A stretch of 48,822 bases of DNA, taken from Tunavirus T1. Positions 18,090-28,596 of the stretch are shown here, piece by piece. Each line of letters starts with the position of its first letter. Positions within the stretch are counted from its first letter, which is position 1. Location: sequence record MN153797.1. One strand, given 5' to 3'. The notes beneath the pieces were generated by a model. It saw nothing but the letters and a program-made list of their open reading frames with translations, made no database searches and had not been told where the DNA came from. A program made the translations under genes and the position numbers.

Positions 18090-18758
18090 ATGCACTTACC
18101 AAATGGCGCACAAATTTTCGTGGAAACCTCTCGCGGGGTAGAGGTTGAGGCAACCGCTATCACTAACGCAGAAAATCCTGTTGCTACAGTTGCATCTAAG
18201 GGTGACTTGGCAAAAGGTGATTACGTTATTGTAACTCAGTCAACTTGGGCAAAGATGGTTAGTCGAGTGCTAATTGTTACTGACGCTCAGGAAACAAGTA
18301 TCACTCTTGCTGGAATTGACACCTCCGATACTCTTGTTTTCCCGGCTGGCGGCACGATGAGCTTTGCAAAAATTACTGGCTGGACTGAGATCCCTTGCGT
18401 ACAGGAGATTGGTCAGGACGGCGGCGAGCAGCAGTATTACACTTATCAGTGTTTGTCCGACGATAAAGAGCAGCAGATCCCAACGTTTAAATCTGCGGTC
18501 TCGCTAACTTACACCTTCGCGCACGAATTTGATAACCCGATCTACCCGATTCTGCGCAAGCTGGATTCGTCTGGTCAGGTAACAGCGGTTCGAATGTACG
18601 TTCCGAAAGCGAGCGAAATGCGCATGTGGGCTGGCATCTTGTCGTTTAACGATATCCCATCCACGCAGGTTAACGAAATGGAAACGGTGGAACTCGCCGT
18701 ATCCCTGAAAGGTGACTTTACTTTCATCTCATCCACTCTGGCATCGCCTGGTGCTTAA
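18090..18758 (+). CDS. major tail protein
   Basis: ATG 18090 with RBS aaggag; directly upstream of G/GT chaperone and tape measure genes. Confidence 0.6.
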   Translation: MHLPNGAQIFVETSRGVEVEATAITNAENPVATVASKGDLAKGDYVIVTQSTWAKMVSRVLIVTDAQETSITLAGIDTSDTLVFPAGGTMSFAKITGWTEIPCVQEIGQDGGEQQYYTYQCLSDDKEQQIPTFKSAVSLTYTFAHEFDNPIYPILRKLDSSGQVTAVRMYVPKASEMRMWAGILSFNDIPSTQVNEMETVELAVSLKGDFTFISSTLASPGA

Positions 18759-18770
18759 ATACCATCCACA

Positions 18771-18790
18771 GGGGGCTTGCACCCCCTTAT
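18771..18790 (+). terminator. Possible terminator
   Basis: Hairpin ggggg-cttgca-ccccc then T-rich tract. Confidence 0.4.
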
Positions 18791-18834
18791 TCATTTCTGT
18801 AAAATCATCTTATCAACTTTATTCGATTAACTTT

Positions 18835-18849
18835 TAACAAAAAGTGCTA
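18835..18849. promoter_or_regulatory. TAGCA-N5-TGCTA box (taacaaaaagtgcta) about 22 bp upstream of the chaperone gene start
   Basis: Read directly; too close to ATG for the standard promoter geometry. Confidence 0.4.
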
Positions 18850-18871
18850 TCAACCAATCAGGAGAAACATC

Positions 18872-19189
18872 ATGGCTAAATTCAATTTCGTGTTGGGCCA
18901 GCTTCCAGACTTCAAACTTCCGGTGACGTTCACCATGCCAAACGGCGAGGATGCGACTATTATTTTTACAGCACGCCACCTTTCCAGTAAAGAAGTGCAA
19001 GATATGTATGCGAAGCAGGGCGAAATGAATGATAGCGATTTCATCACTAAGATAGCATCAGGATGGAATCTGGAAGAAGAATTTAACGAAGAGAATACGC
19101 GTAAGCTGGTACAGTATTATCCTTCCGCAGCGTACAATCTGACGGCAACTTACATCAAGGCGCTCGCCGGACACCGCGCAAAAAACTAA
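18872..19189 (+). CDS. tail assembly chaperone (G-like)
   Basis: Position between major tail and tape measure genes; ends at slippery site. Confidence 0.6.
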   Translation: MAKFNFVLGQLPDFKLPVTFTMPNGEDATIIFTARHLSSKEVQDMYAKQGEMNDSDFITKIASGWNLEEEFNEENTRKLVQYYPSAAYNLTATYIKALAGHRAKN

Positions 19190-19506
19190 AAAGGGCGGTT
19201 TATCTGTTATATCAGAAACCGCCAACAAAAGAGCAATTAAGATCGGTTGGCCTCAGTCTTTCTGACTATGAAGACGAGGAACCGGAAACGATAATCGGCG
19301 ATGCTGAAATGGTGAAGGCGTGGAATGTTTTTACGTCAATGCTCACTCAGTGGAGAAGTTCAGGCGCTGGAGCTTATGGTCTTGACTATAATGTTTTGCC
19401 TATGTTGTTCAAAATCTATAAAATAGAAGATGAAGAACTGGCATTGCAGGACGTTAGGATCATGGAAGCGAAAGCGCTTGAAATGATTGCTAAGCAAAAC
19501 AACTAA
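18872..19506 (+). CDS. tail assembly chaperone frameshift product (GT-like), -1 shift at A_AAA_AAC 19180-19186
   Basis: Hand translation shows the -1 frame open from 19171 to 19506 with no stop; canonical X_XXY_YYZ heptamer 1 bp before the G stop codon. Confidence 0.55.
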
Positions 19507-19528
19507 GCCGCCGTTTGGCGGTTTTTTC
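19507..19528 (+). terminator. Rho-independent terminator
   Basis: Hairpin ccgcc-gttt-ggcgg then T6. Confidence 0.55.
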
Positions 19529-19547
19529 GTATATAGGGGGGGGTTAT

Positions 19548-22421
19548 ATGGTTGATAAGGTAGCAGGTCTATCTCTTGACGTTGACGTGTCAACAGTTCA
19601 GCGCGCTGTCAAGTCACTGAAAGAGTTTTCAAAGGCCAACGATCAGGCCGCTGATTCTATGGGTTCTTTAATCAATGAGTCAGAGGTTGCAAAACAGAAG
19701 GCCAAAGAACACGCCGAACAACTCAGGCGCCAGAGAAAAGAGTATGAGGCCGTGGAGAAGGCAATCGATCCTACAGTATCAAAAATGGAAAGGTTGAAGA
19801 TTGCATCTCAGCAGCTTGATAAACTCTGGCAGCAGGGAGTCGTTCCAGATGAGACTTTTTTCCGTTTGGGTGAAATGCTGGATCTGCAAAACGCAAAACT
19901 TGCTCGCAGCCGGGCCATGCTGACAGAAGAAGGGCAGGCAGCATTGCAAGAGGCGAAAGCAAAAGAGCAGGCGGCAGTGCGTAGCAAGGCGTTCATGGAT
20001 GCCCTGAATGGTCAAGTTAACGCGATCGGTAAGACTCATGCTGAATTGATGGAACTGAAAGCGGCTGAGCTTGGTTTATCGAAAGAAGCAGAACCACTAA
20101 TCGCAAAACTTAAAGATCAAGGCCGGGCTATGAATGCAGCAGGTATTAGCGCCGGGGAATACAGACAGGCAATGCGAATGCTTCCTGCGCAGATCACAGA
20201 TGTCGTAACATCTCTTGCATCCGGTATGCCAGTATGGATGGTTGCTATCCAACAGGGCGGTCAGATTAAGGATTCGTTCGGCGGGATCGGTAACACGTTT
20301 AAAGTGTTGCTGAGTTATATTAATCCGGTCACGGCAGGTGTTGGCGTTCTTGTTGGTTCGTTAGGTATTCTAGCGAAAGCTGGTTATGACTCTTACAAAT
20401 CAATAACTGATATTCAGAATGCGCTTATTGAGACTGGAGGTTATGCAGGTGTTACGGCTGAAGAGCTTGATTCAGTGTCTAAAAAGATCGCGCAGACAAG
20501 CAACTCAACCATTGGGAGTATTCGCGAGATTGTAACGGAGTTGGCGAGTTCTGGTAAGTACACCCGCGAGCAGATCCAGAACATCACTAAGGCTACCGCA
20601 GAGTGGTCAGCGTCAACAGGAAAATCAGCAAGTCAAATTATTTCTGAGTTCGAAAAAATAGCAAGCGATCCGGTAAAAGGACTGAAGAAGTTAAACGAGC
20701 AATATAATTTCCTTGAAAAAGGGCAGCTTACCTATATCGATACATTAAGCCGGACGAAAGGAGAAACTGAGGCTGTATCAGAGGCTACAAAACTATTCGC
20801 AGACGTAATGGAAAAGCGAATGAAGTCGATCGCGGATAACGCTACTCCTCTGGAAAAGATGTGGAGCGATATTAAACAATGGGCTTCGGACGCGTGGGGA
20901 TGGGTTGGTGATCATACACTCGGGGCACTAAACCTGATTATCGACGTTGTTCAGGGTACAGTGATTCAGGTTAAAATGATTCTTGCGAAGGGTGATGAAT
21001 ACATCTCAAACTTTATCGCCTCAGCCATAAAGGCAACTCAGTCACTGCCTGGAATGAGTGACTTCGGCGCTGATGTACTGAAGGAGCAGGAGAATATTGT
21101 AAAAAGTTCTCGCGACAACTACGATCAGTTAGCTTCAGATCTTGACGCTATTAACGCTCGTGTAGAAAAAAGCGAGATGGGATACATTGAAGCAATGAGG
21201 CAGCGCCGCACCCTTGAAAAGCAGTACAGTGAGGAAACTAAGGAGGCAATAAGGAAAGAAGCAGAAGAGATCGAGAAGCGAAACCGAGAACGAAATAAGC
21301 AGTCGAAAATTGTACGATCACCGACAGAGCAATTCGACAAGGAGTTAATTTCACTCAGGGCTCAACTTAAGGTATTGCAGGAGCATAAGGAGATCGGTCA
21401 AAAACTATCAGCACAGAGAAAGGCGCTGTTTACAACTGAGGCTACGATCGCTGTTCTTCGCGAAGCTAGTTCTAAGCGCCAGTTGTCTGCGGAAGAAAAA
21501 GCGTTGCTGGCAAGTCAGGAGAGAGTTATTGAGCTTGCGAAACAGAAGGCCGAGATTGGCGATCAGATTGTTAAGCAACAGCAGTTGAATGATCTTACCG
21601 ATAAATCTCTGAAGTTTGTCAATGAGATGACGGCGGCGACGGAACAGTTTAACGCGTCACGCGGTCTTAGTACTCGCGACATGGAACGACAAGCTGAACT
21701 AGCTAAAATCACCACTGATTACATCAACTCCGGCGGCAGCGAAGGAGACGAGAAACTTCAGAACATGATTAAGGCGCAAAATGATTACTACGCTGCGGAA
21801 GATGCCAAGCGAGCTGACTGGTTGGCAGGTGCTGAAAGTGCTTTTGCTGATTACGGTGATGCAGCAATGGATATGTACGGCAATGTTAACGAGATCGCGT
21901 CAAGTGCCCTTAACGGAATGTCAGATATGATGGTTCAATTTCTGACCACAGGAAAAGCGAACTTTGAGGACTTTGCGAAAAATATCATCGGCATGATTAT
22001 AAAGATGATTGCTCAGATGGTAATCTTCAATACGATCTCAGGCATGATGGGCGGTAAGACGTGGAGCTTTGCTGGAGGGGCGTCGTCTGGTGCTTCTGCG
22101 GCATCACAGGCAACCACTACACCTGCTGCTTCTGTTTTTAGATCTGTATCTTCCGGCGGGGCCGCTGTATCACTTGCTGCCGCAGCGGGTAGCGTGGCAA
22201 CCTCTGGATTCAACGCATCAAACTCGGCGCCAAAGGTGGTAAACCATTCAGGAGGTGGAACGGTCGTTGACGTTAGCGGAATGGAGGTGAAAGTTGACAA
22301 CGGTTCAGATCCGAGGGGGATTTCTCAGGGCGTGGAAATGATGTTCAAAAAAATGATTCGTGAGTCTTGTTCGCAGGGCGGCGAGGTTTATAATTACATT
22401 CAGGAAAAAACAGGAGGCTAA
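19548..22421 (+). CDS. tail tape measure protein
   Basis: About 958 aa, coiled-coil rich, Gly/Ala/Ser-rich C-terminal region; G8 tract at 19536-19543 directly upstream of ATG. Confidence 0.8.
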   Translation: MVDKVAGLSLDVDVSTVQRAVKSLKEFSKANDQAADSMGSLINESEVAKQKAKEHAEQLRRQRKEYEAVEKAIDPTVSKMERLKIASQQLDKLWQQGVVPDETFFRLGEMLDLQNAKLARSRAMLTEEGQAALQEAKAKEQAAVRSKAFMDALNGQVNAIGKTHAELMELKAAELGLSKEAEPLIAKLKDQGRAMNAAGISAGEYRQAMRMLPAQITDVVTSLASGMPVWMVAIQQGGQIKDSFGGIGNTFKVLLSYINPVTAGVGVLVGSLGILAKAGYDSYKSITDIQNALIETGGYAGVTAEELDSVSKKIAQTSNSTIGSIREIVTELASSGKYTREQIQNITKATAEWSASTGKSASQIISEFEKIASDPVKGLKKLNEQYNFLEKGQLTYIDTLSRTKGETEAVSEATKLFADVMEKRMKSIADNATPLEKMWSDIKQWASDAWGWVGDHTLGALNLIIDVVQGTVIQVKMILAKGDEYISNFIASAIKATQSLPGMSDFGADVLKEQENIVKSSRDNYDQLASDLDAINARVEKSEMGYIEAMRQRRTLEKQYSEETKEAIRKEAEEIEKRNRERNKQSKIVRSPTEQFDKELISLRAQLKVLQEHKEIGQKLSAQRKALFTTEATIAVLREASSKRQLSAEEKALLASQERVIELAKQKAEIGDQIVKQQQLNDLTDKSLKFVNEMTAATEQFNASRGLSTRDMERQAELAKITTDYINSGGSEGDEKLQNMIKAQNDYYAAEDAKRADWLAGAESAFADYGDAAMDMYGNVNEIASSALNGMSDMMVQFLTTGKANFEDFAKNIIGMIIKMIAQMVIFNTISGMMGGKTWSFAGGASSGASAASQATTTPAASVFRSVSSGGAAVSLAAAAGSVATSGFNASNSAPKVVNHSGGGTVVDVSGMEVKVDNGSDPRGISQGVEMMFKKMIRESCSQGGEVYNYIQEKTGG

Positions 22422-22423
22422 TA

Positions 22424-22777
22424 ATGGCGACACTTGACACTTTTGGTTGGTGTACGCAGGTTCAAGGGGGCGGTGGCTCCCTTACCACTACCAACAGCGA
22501 CCGCTCTATTCAGTTCGGTAACGGGTACATGCAACTTGCATCATCTGGATTTAACACCACGCGGCGTGAATATTCAGTCGTCTATGCCGGGGAAGATTTC
22601 ATGGCTGTTTACGACTTCTGCAACTCTCACCGCATTAAGCCGTTCGCATGGACGCCGCCGGACGGTAAGATCGGGATATGGGTAGTAAAGCCTAACAGTT
22701 TGGGAGCGAAGCCAGTATCGCGCGACGTGATGGAGATTAACGTCACGTTTATGGAGCAATTTACATCTATGGAGTAA
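22424..22777 (+). CDS. minor tail protein (lambda M-like)
   Basis: 117 aa directly after tape measure; conserved gene order. Confidence 0.65.
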   Translation: MATLDTFGWCTQVQGGGGSLTTTNSDRSIQFGNGYMQLASSGFNTTRREYSVVYAGEDFMAVYDFCNSHRIKPFAWTPPDGKIGIWVVKPNSLGAKPVSRDVMEINVTFMEQFTSME

Positions 22778-22792
22778 CGCCATATAACAAAA

Positions 22793-22815
22793 GCCCGCCT
22801 TGCGCGGGTTTTTTT
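22793..22815 (+). terminator. Rho-independent terminator (copy 1 of duplicated cassette)
   Basis: gcccgc-cttgc-gcggg then T7. Confidence 0.65.
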
Positions 22816-22828
22816 GTAGCTGTAGAAT
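22800..22828 (+). promoter_or_regulatory. Sigma70-like promoter overlapping the terminator (TTGCGC, 17 bp, TAGAAT)
   Basis: -35 sits in terminator loop; -10 at 22823-22828. Confidence 0.45.
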
Positions 22829-22856
22829 GGTTGCAGGTAAACAAGAGGAAAAATCA

Positions 22857-23639
22857 ATGAGCGAAAACAAAAAACTTTATGATGAAGAAAGCGGAAAGAG
22901 CCTGTTTCACAACTGCCTTCAATCACTATATCCGGGAGAGATAATCACTCTCATCGAAGTTGATGGTAGTAAGTTCGGCGCTCAGGTGTACCGATTCCAC
23001 GGTGAGAATATCCAGTACACTCCAGAAGAAATCATGCAGGCCCAGCAAACTGGAACGCTACCGCCGAAGGAAATTACATTCCGTGGCGAGAAATACGGGG
23101 CGCGACCGTTCGGTATATCCGGGATCTCGTTTGACAGTTCCGGGAAGGCAACAAAACCACAATTAACGGTGGCAAACATTGATAGTCGCGTATCTGCGAT
23201 GATTCGTGCATATAACGGACTAATGCAAGCTAAGGTGACTATCTGGATAACTCAGCGTGAGCTTATTAACTCCGATGGCTCAATCGCTGATGGAGCTTAC
23301 CGTAAACTGGTATACTATATCGAGCGTCCGAACTATGTTGATAAAAGCGTTGCGCGGTTCGATCTCACATCACCTTACGATATGGACGGCATAATGATCC
23401 CGTCTCGACTCACGCAAAGCGTATGCTATTTTGCACAACGAGGGTGGTATAAAACAGGGAAAGGCTGCGGATACAACGGGCAAAATGGTTACTTCGATAA
23501 AGACAATAATCCTGTAGACGATCCGTCGCTGGATTTTTGCCCGGGAACGGTAACGGCCTGCCGCCTGAGATTCGGCGCAAACAATGAATTGGATTTTGGC
23601 GGTTGCGCTGTCGCTTCATTACAGAGGAAAAATCAATGA
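22857..23639 (+). CDS. minor tail protein (lambda L-like) with C-terminal Cys cluster
   Basis: ATG 22857 with RBS agaggaa; four spaced cysteines in C-terminal region. Confidence 0.7.
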   Translation: MSENKKLYDEESGKSLFHNCLQSLYPGEIITLIEVDGSKFGAQVYRFHGENIQYTPEEIMQAQQTGTLPPKEITFRGEKYGARPFGISGISFDSSGKATKPQLTVANIDSRVSAMIRAYNGLMQAKVTIWITQRELINSDGSIADGAYRKLVYYIERPNYVDKSVARFDLTSPYDMDGIMIPSRLTQSVCYFAQRGWYKTGKGCGYNGQNGYFDKDNNPVDDPSLDFCPGTVTACRLRFGANNELDFGGCAVASLQRKNQ

Positions 23640-24370
23640 TTAGTGCAAAAATTAAACTTGAAATTATGACTCACGCTCAGGAAGAATACCCCCGCGAATG
23701 CTGCGGGGTAGTCACCCAAAAGGGCCGCGTGCAAAAATACCATCGCATTGATAATGTGCATCGTGATCCCGAGAATCATTTCATGATGGATGCTGTACAA
23801 TACGCTTGCATTGAGGACGATGCGGAATCAACAACAATAGCAATTGTTCACAGCCACACAGGAGACGGGGCTACAACTCTACCAAGCGCTCACGATACGT
23901 GCATGTGCAACGAGATGGAAGTTACCTGGATTATTGTTAGCGTGCCGGAAGGGGATATGCGATTTGTGAAGCCGGAGAAATTGCCTCTGATTGGTCGTCC
24001 GTGGTCATTAGGATCATTCGACTGTTACGGTCTTGTTATGGCGTGGCACAAAGAGCACGGCGTAGAATTGCGCGATCGCCGATTGAATTTTGAATGGTGG
24101 AAACCTGAGTACGGAATTAATCTCTATCAGGATTATTACAAGCAGGATGGCTTCGTTGAGATTCCAGATCAGAATAATCCGTCATTCGGTGATATGGTAA
24201 TCATGCAGATAGGGCAAAACGTTCCGGTATGGAACCATGCAGGGATTTACCTGGGAGATAATCAGATCTTGCATCATGCCTTCGGCAAGCTATCTCGTCG
24301 TGATATTTATTCCGGATGGTATCAGGATCATACTGTTTTAATCGTTCGCCATAAGGATCTTAAATTATGA
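23636..24370 (+). CDS. tail assembly protein (lambda K-like; MPN/JAMM plus NlpC/P60-like)
   Basis: Motifs IVHSHTGDGA and FDCYGLVMAWH; start overlaps L stop (ATGA). Confidence 0.7.
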   Translation: MISAKIKLEIMTHAQEEYPRECCGVVTQKGRVQKYHRIDNVHRDPENHFMMDAVQYACIEDDAESTTIAIVHSHTGDGATTLPSAHDTCMCNEMEVTWIIVSVPEGDMRFVKPEKLPLIGRPWSLGSFDCYGLVMAWHKEHGVELRDRRLNFEWWKPEYGINLYQDYYKQDGFVEIPDQNNPSFGDMVIMQIGQNVPVWNHAGIYLGDNQILHHAFGKLSRRDIYSGWYQDHTVLIVRHKDLKL

Positions 24371-24966
24371 ATGATGTAAAAGTAATTAAATTGTCAGGTT
24401 CACTTGGGAGACGCTTCGGCGTCTTTCACCGTTACGCTGTTGACTCTTACCCGGAAGCCATACGGGCGCTATCCAGTCAGGTTGACGGATTTAAAGAATA
24501 CATGCAAAGCGAGGTAGGATCTCGTAGCAAGTTTGCAATATTTGTGGATGGCGTTAACGTGGGACACCATGAAGAGGAAAAATTCAAGTGCGCGAAAGAG
24601 ATAAGAATCGTACCGATCCCTACTGGCTCTAAGACAGGAGGTCTATTTCAGGTTGTATTGGGCGCGGCAATAATGGTTGCAGCATTCTATACTGGCGGCG
24701 CGTCTCTGGCTTTAATGGGCACAATGTCCTCGTCTCTGTTTATGATGGGCGGCGCTATGGTGCTGGGCGGCGTGATGCAGATGATTTCACCGCAGCCGGG
24801 TGGCGCAAACTTTGAAGTTCAATCAAGCAAGAATAAACCTTCGTACGCGTTCGGCGGTGCTGTCAATACGACGGCGGCGGGATACCCTCTCCCGGTCCCG
24901 TATGGATATCGCGCCGGAGGTGGGGCAACTTTCTCAGCAGGTTCTTATGCCGAGGATATGAGTTAA
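24367..24966 (+). CDS. tail assembly protein (lambda I-like)
   Basis: Gly/Ala-rich hydrophobic C-terminal half; gene order. Confidence 0.6.
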   Translation: MNDVKVIKLSGSLGRRFGVFHRYAVDSYPEAIRALSSQVDGFKEYMQSEVGSRSKFAIFVDGVNVGHHEEEKFKCAKEIRIVPIPTGSKTGGLFQVVLGAAIMVAAFYTGGASLALMGTMSSSLFMMGGAMVLGGVMQMISPQPGGANFEVQSSKNKPSYAFGGAVNTTAAGYPLPVPYGYRAGGGATFSAGSYAEDMS

Positions 24967-24972
24967 AATTAA

Positions 24973-24995
24973 CCCGCCTTGCGCGGGTTTTTTTT
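24973..24995 (+). terminator. Rho-independent terminator (copy 2 of duplicated cassette)
   Basis: cccgc-cttgc-gcggg then T8. Confidence 0.65.
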
Positions 24996-25007
24996 CGCCT
25001 GTATAAT
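24979..25007 (+). promoter_or_regulatory. Sigma70-like promoter overlapping the terminator (TTGCGC, 17 bp, TATAAT)
   Basis: -10 TATAAT at 25002-25007. Confidence 0.5.
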
Positions 25008-25043
25008 GAGTCCACCGATAAATAGCACAAAAAGGTAAACATC

Positions 25044-28000
25044 ATGATTCAAAAAGTGATAAGCGGATCTAAAGGTGGGTCACAGAAGCCTCATAACCCA
25101 GTTGAGATGGAGGACAATCTAATCTCAATCAACAAAATCAAGATCCTGTTAGCTGTATCTGATGGTGAAATTGACGAAACATTCAGCCTGAAGCAGTTGA
25201 TGTTTAACTCAGTCCCGGTGCAAAACGAGGATGGCTCATTTAACTTCGAGGGAGTAAAGGCAGAGTTCAGACCTGGGACGCAGACTCAGGAATATATCAA
25301 GGGAATGGAAGATAGCTCTAGTGAGGTAACTGTAAATCGTGAGGTTACTACCGATAACCCATACACAATCTCAGTAACCAACAAAACGCTGTCGGCAATC
25401 CGTATCAAAATGTTCATGCCTCGCGGCGTACGAATTGAAAGTAACGGTGATAAAAATGGCGTAAGAGTTGAGTATGAGGTGCAACAAGCTGTTGATGGCG
25501 GCTCGTTTGAGACGGTGCTCACCGATGTAATCGAAGGCAAAACAATGTCAGGTTACGATCGGAGCAGACGTGTAAACCTACCTAACTTCAACAATCAGGT
25601 GATATTCAGAGTGGTTCGGAAAACTCCAGACTCTAACGACTCGAACGTTGTTGACGCGATTCAGGTAAAGAGCTATGCCGAGGTGATTGATGCCAAATTC
25701 CGTTATCCGCTGACTGGTCTTCTTTTTGTCGAGTTTGATTCGAAGATGTTCCCAAACCAGTTACCTACGATCTCAATTCGTAAGCGCTGGAAGATTGTAA
25801 ACGTTCCGTCAAACTATGATCCAGAATCACGAACTTATAACGGAAATTGGGATGGAACTTTTAAGAAGGCATGGACGAATAATCCGGCCTGGGTGCTTTA
25901 TGACCTGATGATTAATCAGCGTTATGGCTTGGATCAGAAAGAGCTTGGTATCGCTGTAGATAAATGGGCGCTCTACGAGGCTGCGCAATATTGCGATCAG
26001 ATGGTTCCTGATGGGAAGGGCGGGACGGAACCTCGATACCTTTGCGACGTGATAATCCAGTCTCAGACTGACGCTTACAAGGTTATCCGAGATATTTGCT
26101 CAATCTTTCGTGGTATGAGCTTTTGGAATGGTGAGAGCATTTCGGTAATCATCGACAGGCCGCGTGAACCTGCGTACATCTTCACTAACGACAACGTTGT
26201 TAATGGTGACTTCTCCTACACGTTCGCAAGCGAAAAGAGCATGTACACGACGTGTAATGTGATGTTTGATGATGAACAAAACATGTATCAGCAGGACGTT
26301 GAGCCAGTATTCGATCGTGAGGCTACTCTACGGTTTGGGAACAACGTTACGAGCATTACAGCGATCGGTTGCACACGTCGAAGCGAGGCCAACCGACGCG
26401 GGAGATGGATTCTGAAAACTAACCTCCGCAGCACTACGGTAAACTTCGCTACCGGGCTTGAGGGCATGATCCCGACAATCGGAGATGTTGTGGCAATAGC
26501 TGATAACTTCTGGTCAAGTAACTTGACAATGAACCTGTCAGGGCGTTTGCTCGAAGTGTCTGGAAGTCAGATTTTCTTGCCGTTCCGGGTGGATGCACGC
26601 GCTGGTGACTTTATTATCGTAAATAAGCCAGATGGCAAGCCTGTGAAGCGCACAATCTCAAGTGTTAGTGCGGATGGTAAGACTATAGAGGTTAACATTG
26701 GCTTTGGCTTTCCTGTGAAGCCTAACACGGTATTCGCTATCGACCGCACCGACATTGCGTTACAGCAGTACGTCGTGACAAAAATCGATAAGGGCGATGA
26801 TGATGAGGAATTTACCTACAAAATAACGGCGGTGGAGTACGATCCTAACAAGTATGATGAGATTGATTACGGAGTTAACATCGACGACCGACCGACGAGC
26901 ATCGTTGAACCAGATCAGATCCCTAGACCGAAAAATGTGCAAGTATCCTCAGAGTCGAGAATCGTCCAGGGGATGAGCGTAGAAACGATGATTGTTAGCT
27001 GGGATAAAGTTCCGTACGCTGTTTTCTATGACGTCCAGTGGCGAAAGGATAACGGCAACTGGCAAAATGTACCGCAGACAGCAAACAAAGAGGTATACGT
27101 TGAAGGTATTTACGCTGGCAACTATCAGGTTCGCGTTCGCTCAGTCGCTGGTTCGGGCACGACTTCAGGCTGGTCAAATATCGTCGCGGCAACGTTGACG
27201 GGTAAACAGGGTGAACCGGGCCGACCGATTAACCTCACAGCTACGGATGATGTTGTTTTTGGTATCCGTACAAAATGGGGGTTCTCTGATGGTTCTGGAG
27301 ATACAGCCTATACAGAGTTGCAACAGTCACCGGATGGAACAGTGGATAACGCAAGTTTGCTTTCTTTGATTCCGTATCCGCAGCATGAGTATTATCACTC
27401 ACCAATGCCTGGAGGGAATATTGTTTGGTATCGGGTAAGGATGGTTGACAGGATCGGTAACGTGTCTCAGTGGACTGATTTTGTCAGAGGTATGGCATCA
27501 ACAAACGTTGACGATATCATTGGGGAGATTTCTGTTGATATCGAAAACTCACCTGGTTACGAGTGGCTTGTTGATAACGCAACAGACAACGCGGCGCAGA
27601 ACTCAGCTAACGCAGAGGCAGCAATAGAAAACGCGCTCGCCAATGACAAAGACGCGATCTACATGAAGAAGGAGAACGGAAAACGAAAAGCTGAGTACAC
27701 GAAATCACTGAAACTTATTGCTGATGAGACGCAGGCACGAGTGACGGCGATCGAGCAATTGAAGGCAAGTTTTGGCGATCAGATTAGCGCTAGCAACAGC
27801 GAGCTGCGTGAGGTTATCGCAACCGAGACTGAAGCACTATCGCGTGAGATTGACCAGCTTAAGGCTCAGATTGGTGACGATATTCAGGCAAGTCTGACTG
27901 ATATTCGGGAGGTTATCGCAACCGAGACTGAAGCACTATCGCGTGAGATTGACCAGCTTAAGGCTCAGATTGGTGACGATATTCAGGCAAGTCTGACTGA

Positions 28001-28562
28001 TATTCGGGAGGCTATCGCGAACGAGACTGAGGCTAGAACGCAAGCTGACTTAACACTTAGCGCGCGGCTTGGAAATAACGAGGCGGCACTTGCTCAAAAA
28101 CTAGACTCGTGGAGTAACGCGGATTCTACTGGTGCAATGTACGGTGTCAAGTTGGGTCTGAAATACAACGGCCAGGAATACAGTGCAGGCATGGCTATGT
28201 CTCTAGTTGGTTCCGGAGCTGCGGTTAAGGCGCAGATTTTGTTTGAGGCGTCACGATTTGCCATCATGACTGGAATGAATGGTCAGACTCAGTACCCCTT
28301 CGTTGTTGAGAATGGTCAGGTTATTTTAAGTAGCGCGATTATCAAGAACGGATTCATCACCAACGCAATGATTGGAAACTTCATCCAGTCGAATAACTAT
28401 GTATTTAACCAGTCCGGATGGAGGCTTGACAAGGGTGGAACATTCGAAAATTGCGGAAGTGACGGTGAGGGTGCAATGAAGCAAACTAATACCACAATAT
28501 CTGTTAGGGATGCGAGTGGTCGCCTGAGGGTTCAGATTGGCAGGTTGACTGGCTCATGGTAA
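25044..28562 (+). CDS. central tail fiber / host specificity protein (lambda J-like)
   Basis: 1172-aa ORF after M-L-K-I block; contains in-frame 99-bp tandem repeat. Confidence 0.8.
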   Translation: MIQKVISGSKGGSQKPHNPVEMEDNLISINKIKILLAVSDGEIDETFSLKQLMFNSVPVQNEDGSFNFEGVKAEFRPGTQTQEYIKGMEDSSSEVTVNREVTTDNPYTISVTNKTLSAIRIKMFMPRGVRIESNGDKNGVRVEYEVQQAVDGGSFETVLTDVIEGKTMSGYDRSRRVNLPNFNNQVIFRVVRKTPDSNDSNVVDAIQVKSYAEVIDAKFRYPLTGLLFVEFDSKMFPNQLPTISIRKRWKIVNVPSNYDPESRTYNGNWDGTFKKAWTNNPAWVLYDLMINQRYGLDQKELGIAVDKWALYEAAQYCDQMVPDGKGGTEPRYLCDVIIQSQTDAYKVIRDICSIFRGMSFWNGESISVIIDRPREPAYIFTNDNVVNGDFSYTFASEKSMYTTCNVMFDDEQNMYQQDVEPVFDREATLRFGNNVTSITAIGCTRRSEANRRGRWILKTNLRSTTVNFATGLEGMIPTIGDVVAIADNFWSSNLTMNLSGRLLEVSGSQIFLPFRVDARAGDFIIVNKPDGKPVKRTISSVSADGKTIEVNIGFGFPVKPNTVFAIDRTDIALQQYVVTKIDKGDDDEEFTYKITAVEYDPNKYDEIDYGVNIDDRPTSIVEPDQIPRPKNVQVSSESRIVQGMSVETMIVSWDKVPYAVFYDVQWRKDNGNWQNVPQTANKEVYVEGIYAGNYQVRVRSVAGSGTTSGWSNIVAATLTGKQGEPGRPINLTATDDVVFGIRTKWGFSDGSGDTAYTELQQSPDGTVDNASLLSLIPYPQHEYYHSPMPGGNIVWYRVRMVDRIGNVSQWTDFVRGMASTNVDDIIGEISVDIENSPGYEWLVDNATDNAAQNSANAEAAIENALANDKDAIYMKKENGKRKAEYTKSLKLIADETQARVTAIEQLKASFGDQISASNSELREVIATETEALSREIDQLKAQIGDDIQASLTDIREVIATETEALSREIDQLKAQIGDDIQASLTDIREAIANETEARTQADLTLSARLGNNEAALAQKLDSWSNADSTGAMYGVKLGLKYNGQEYSAGMAMSLVGSGAAVKAQILFEASRFAIMTGMNGQTQYPFVVENGQVILSSAIIKNGFITNAMIGNFIQSNNYVFNQSGWRLDKGGTFENCGSDGEGAMKQTNTTISVRDASGRLRVQIGRLTGSW
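27811..28008 (+). repeat. Perfect 99-bp tandem duplication (2 copies plus a diverged partial third) inside the J-like gene
   Basis: Unit aggttatcgcaaccgagactgaagcactatcgcgtgagattgaccagcttaaggctcagattggtgacgatattcaggcaagtctgactgatattcggg repeats at 27811 and 27910; encodes the same 33-aa segment twice. Confidence 0.85.
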
Positions 28563-28568
28563 TATCAA

Positions 28569-28596
28569 GGGCATCGAGAGATGCCCTTTTCTTTTG
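28569..28596 (+). terminator. Rho-independent terminator
   Basis: gggcatc-gaga-gatgccc then TTTTCTTTT. Confidence 0.55.
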
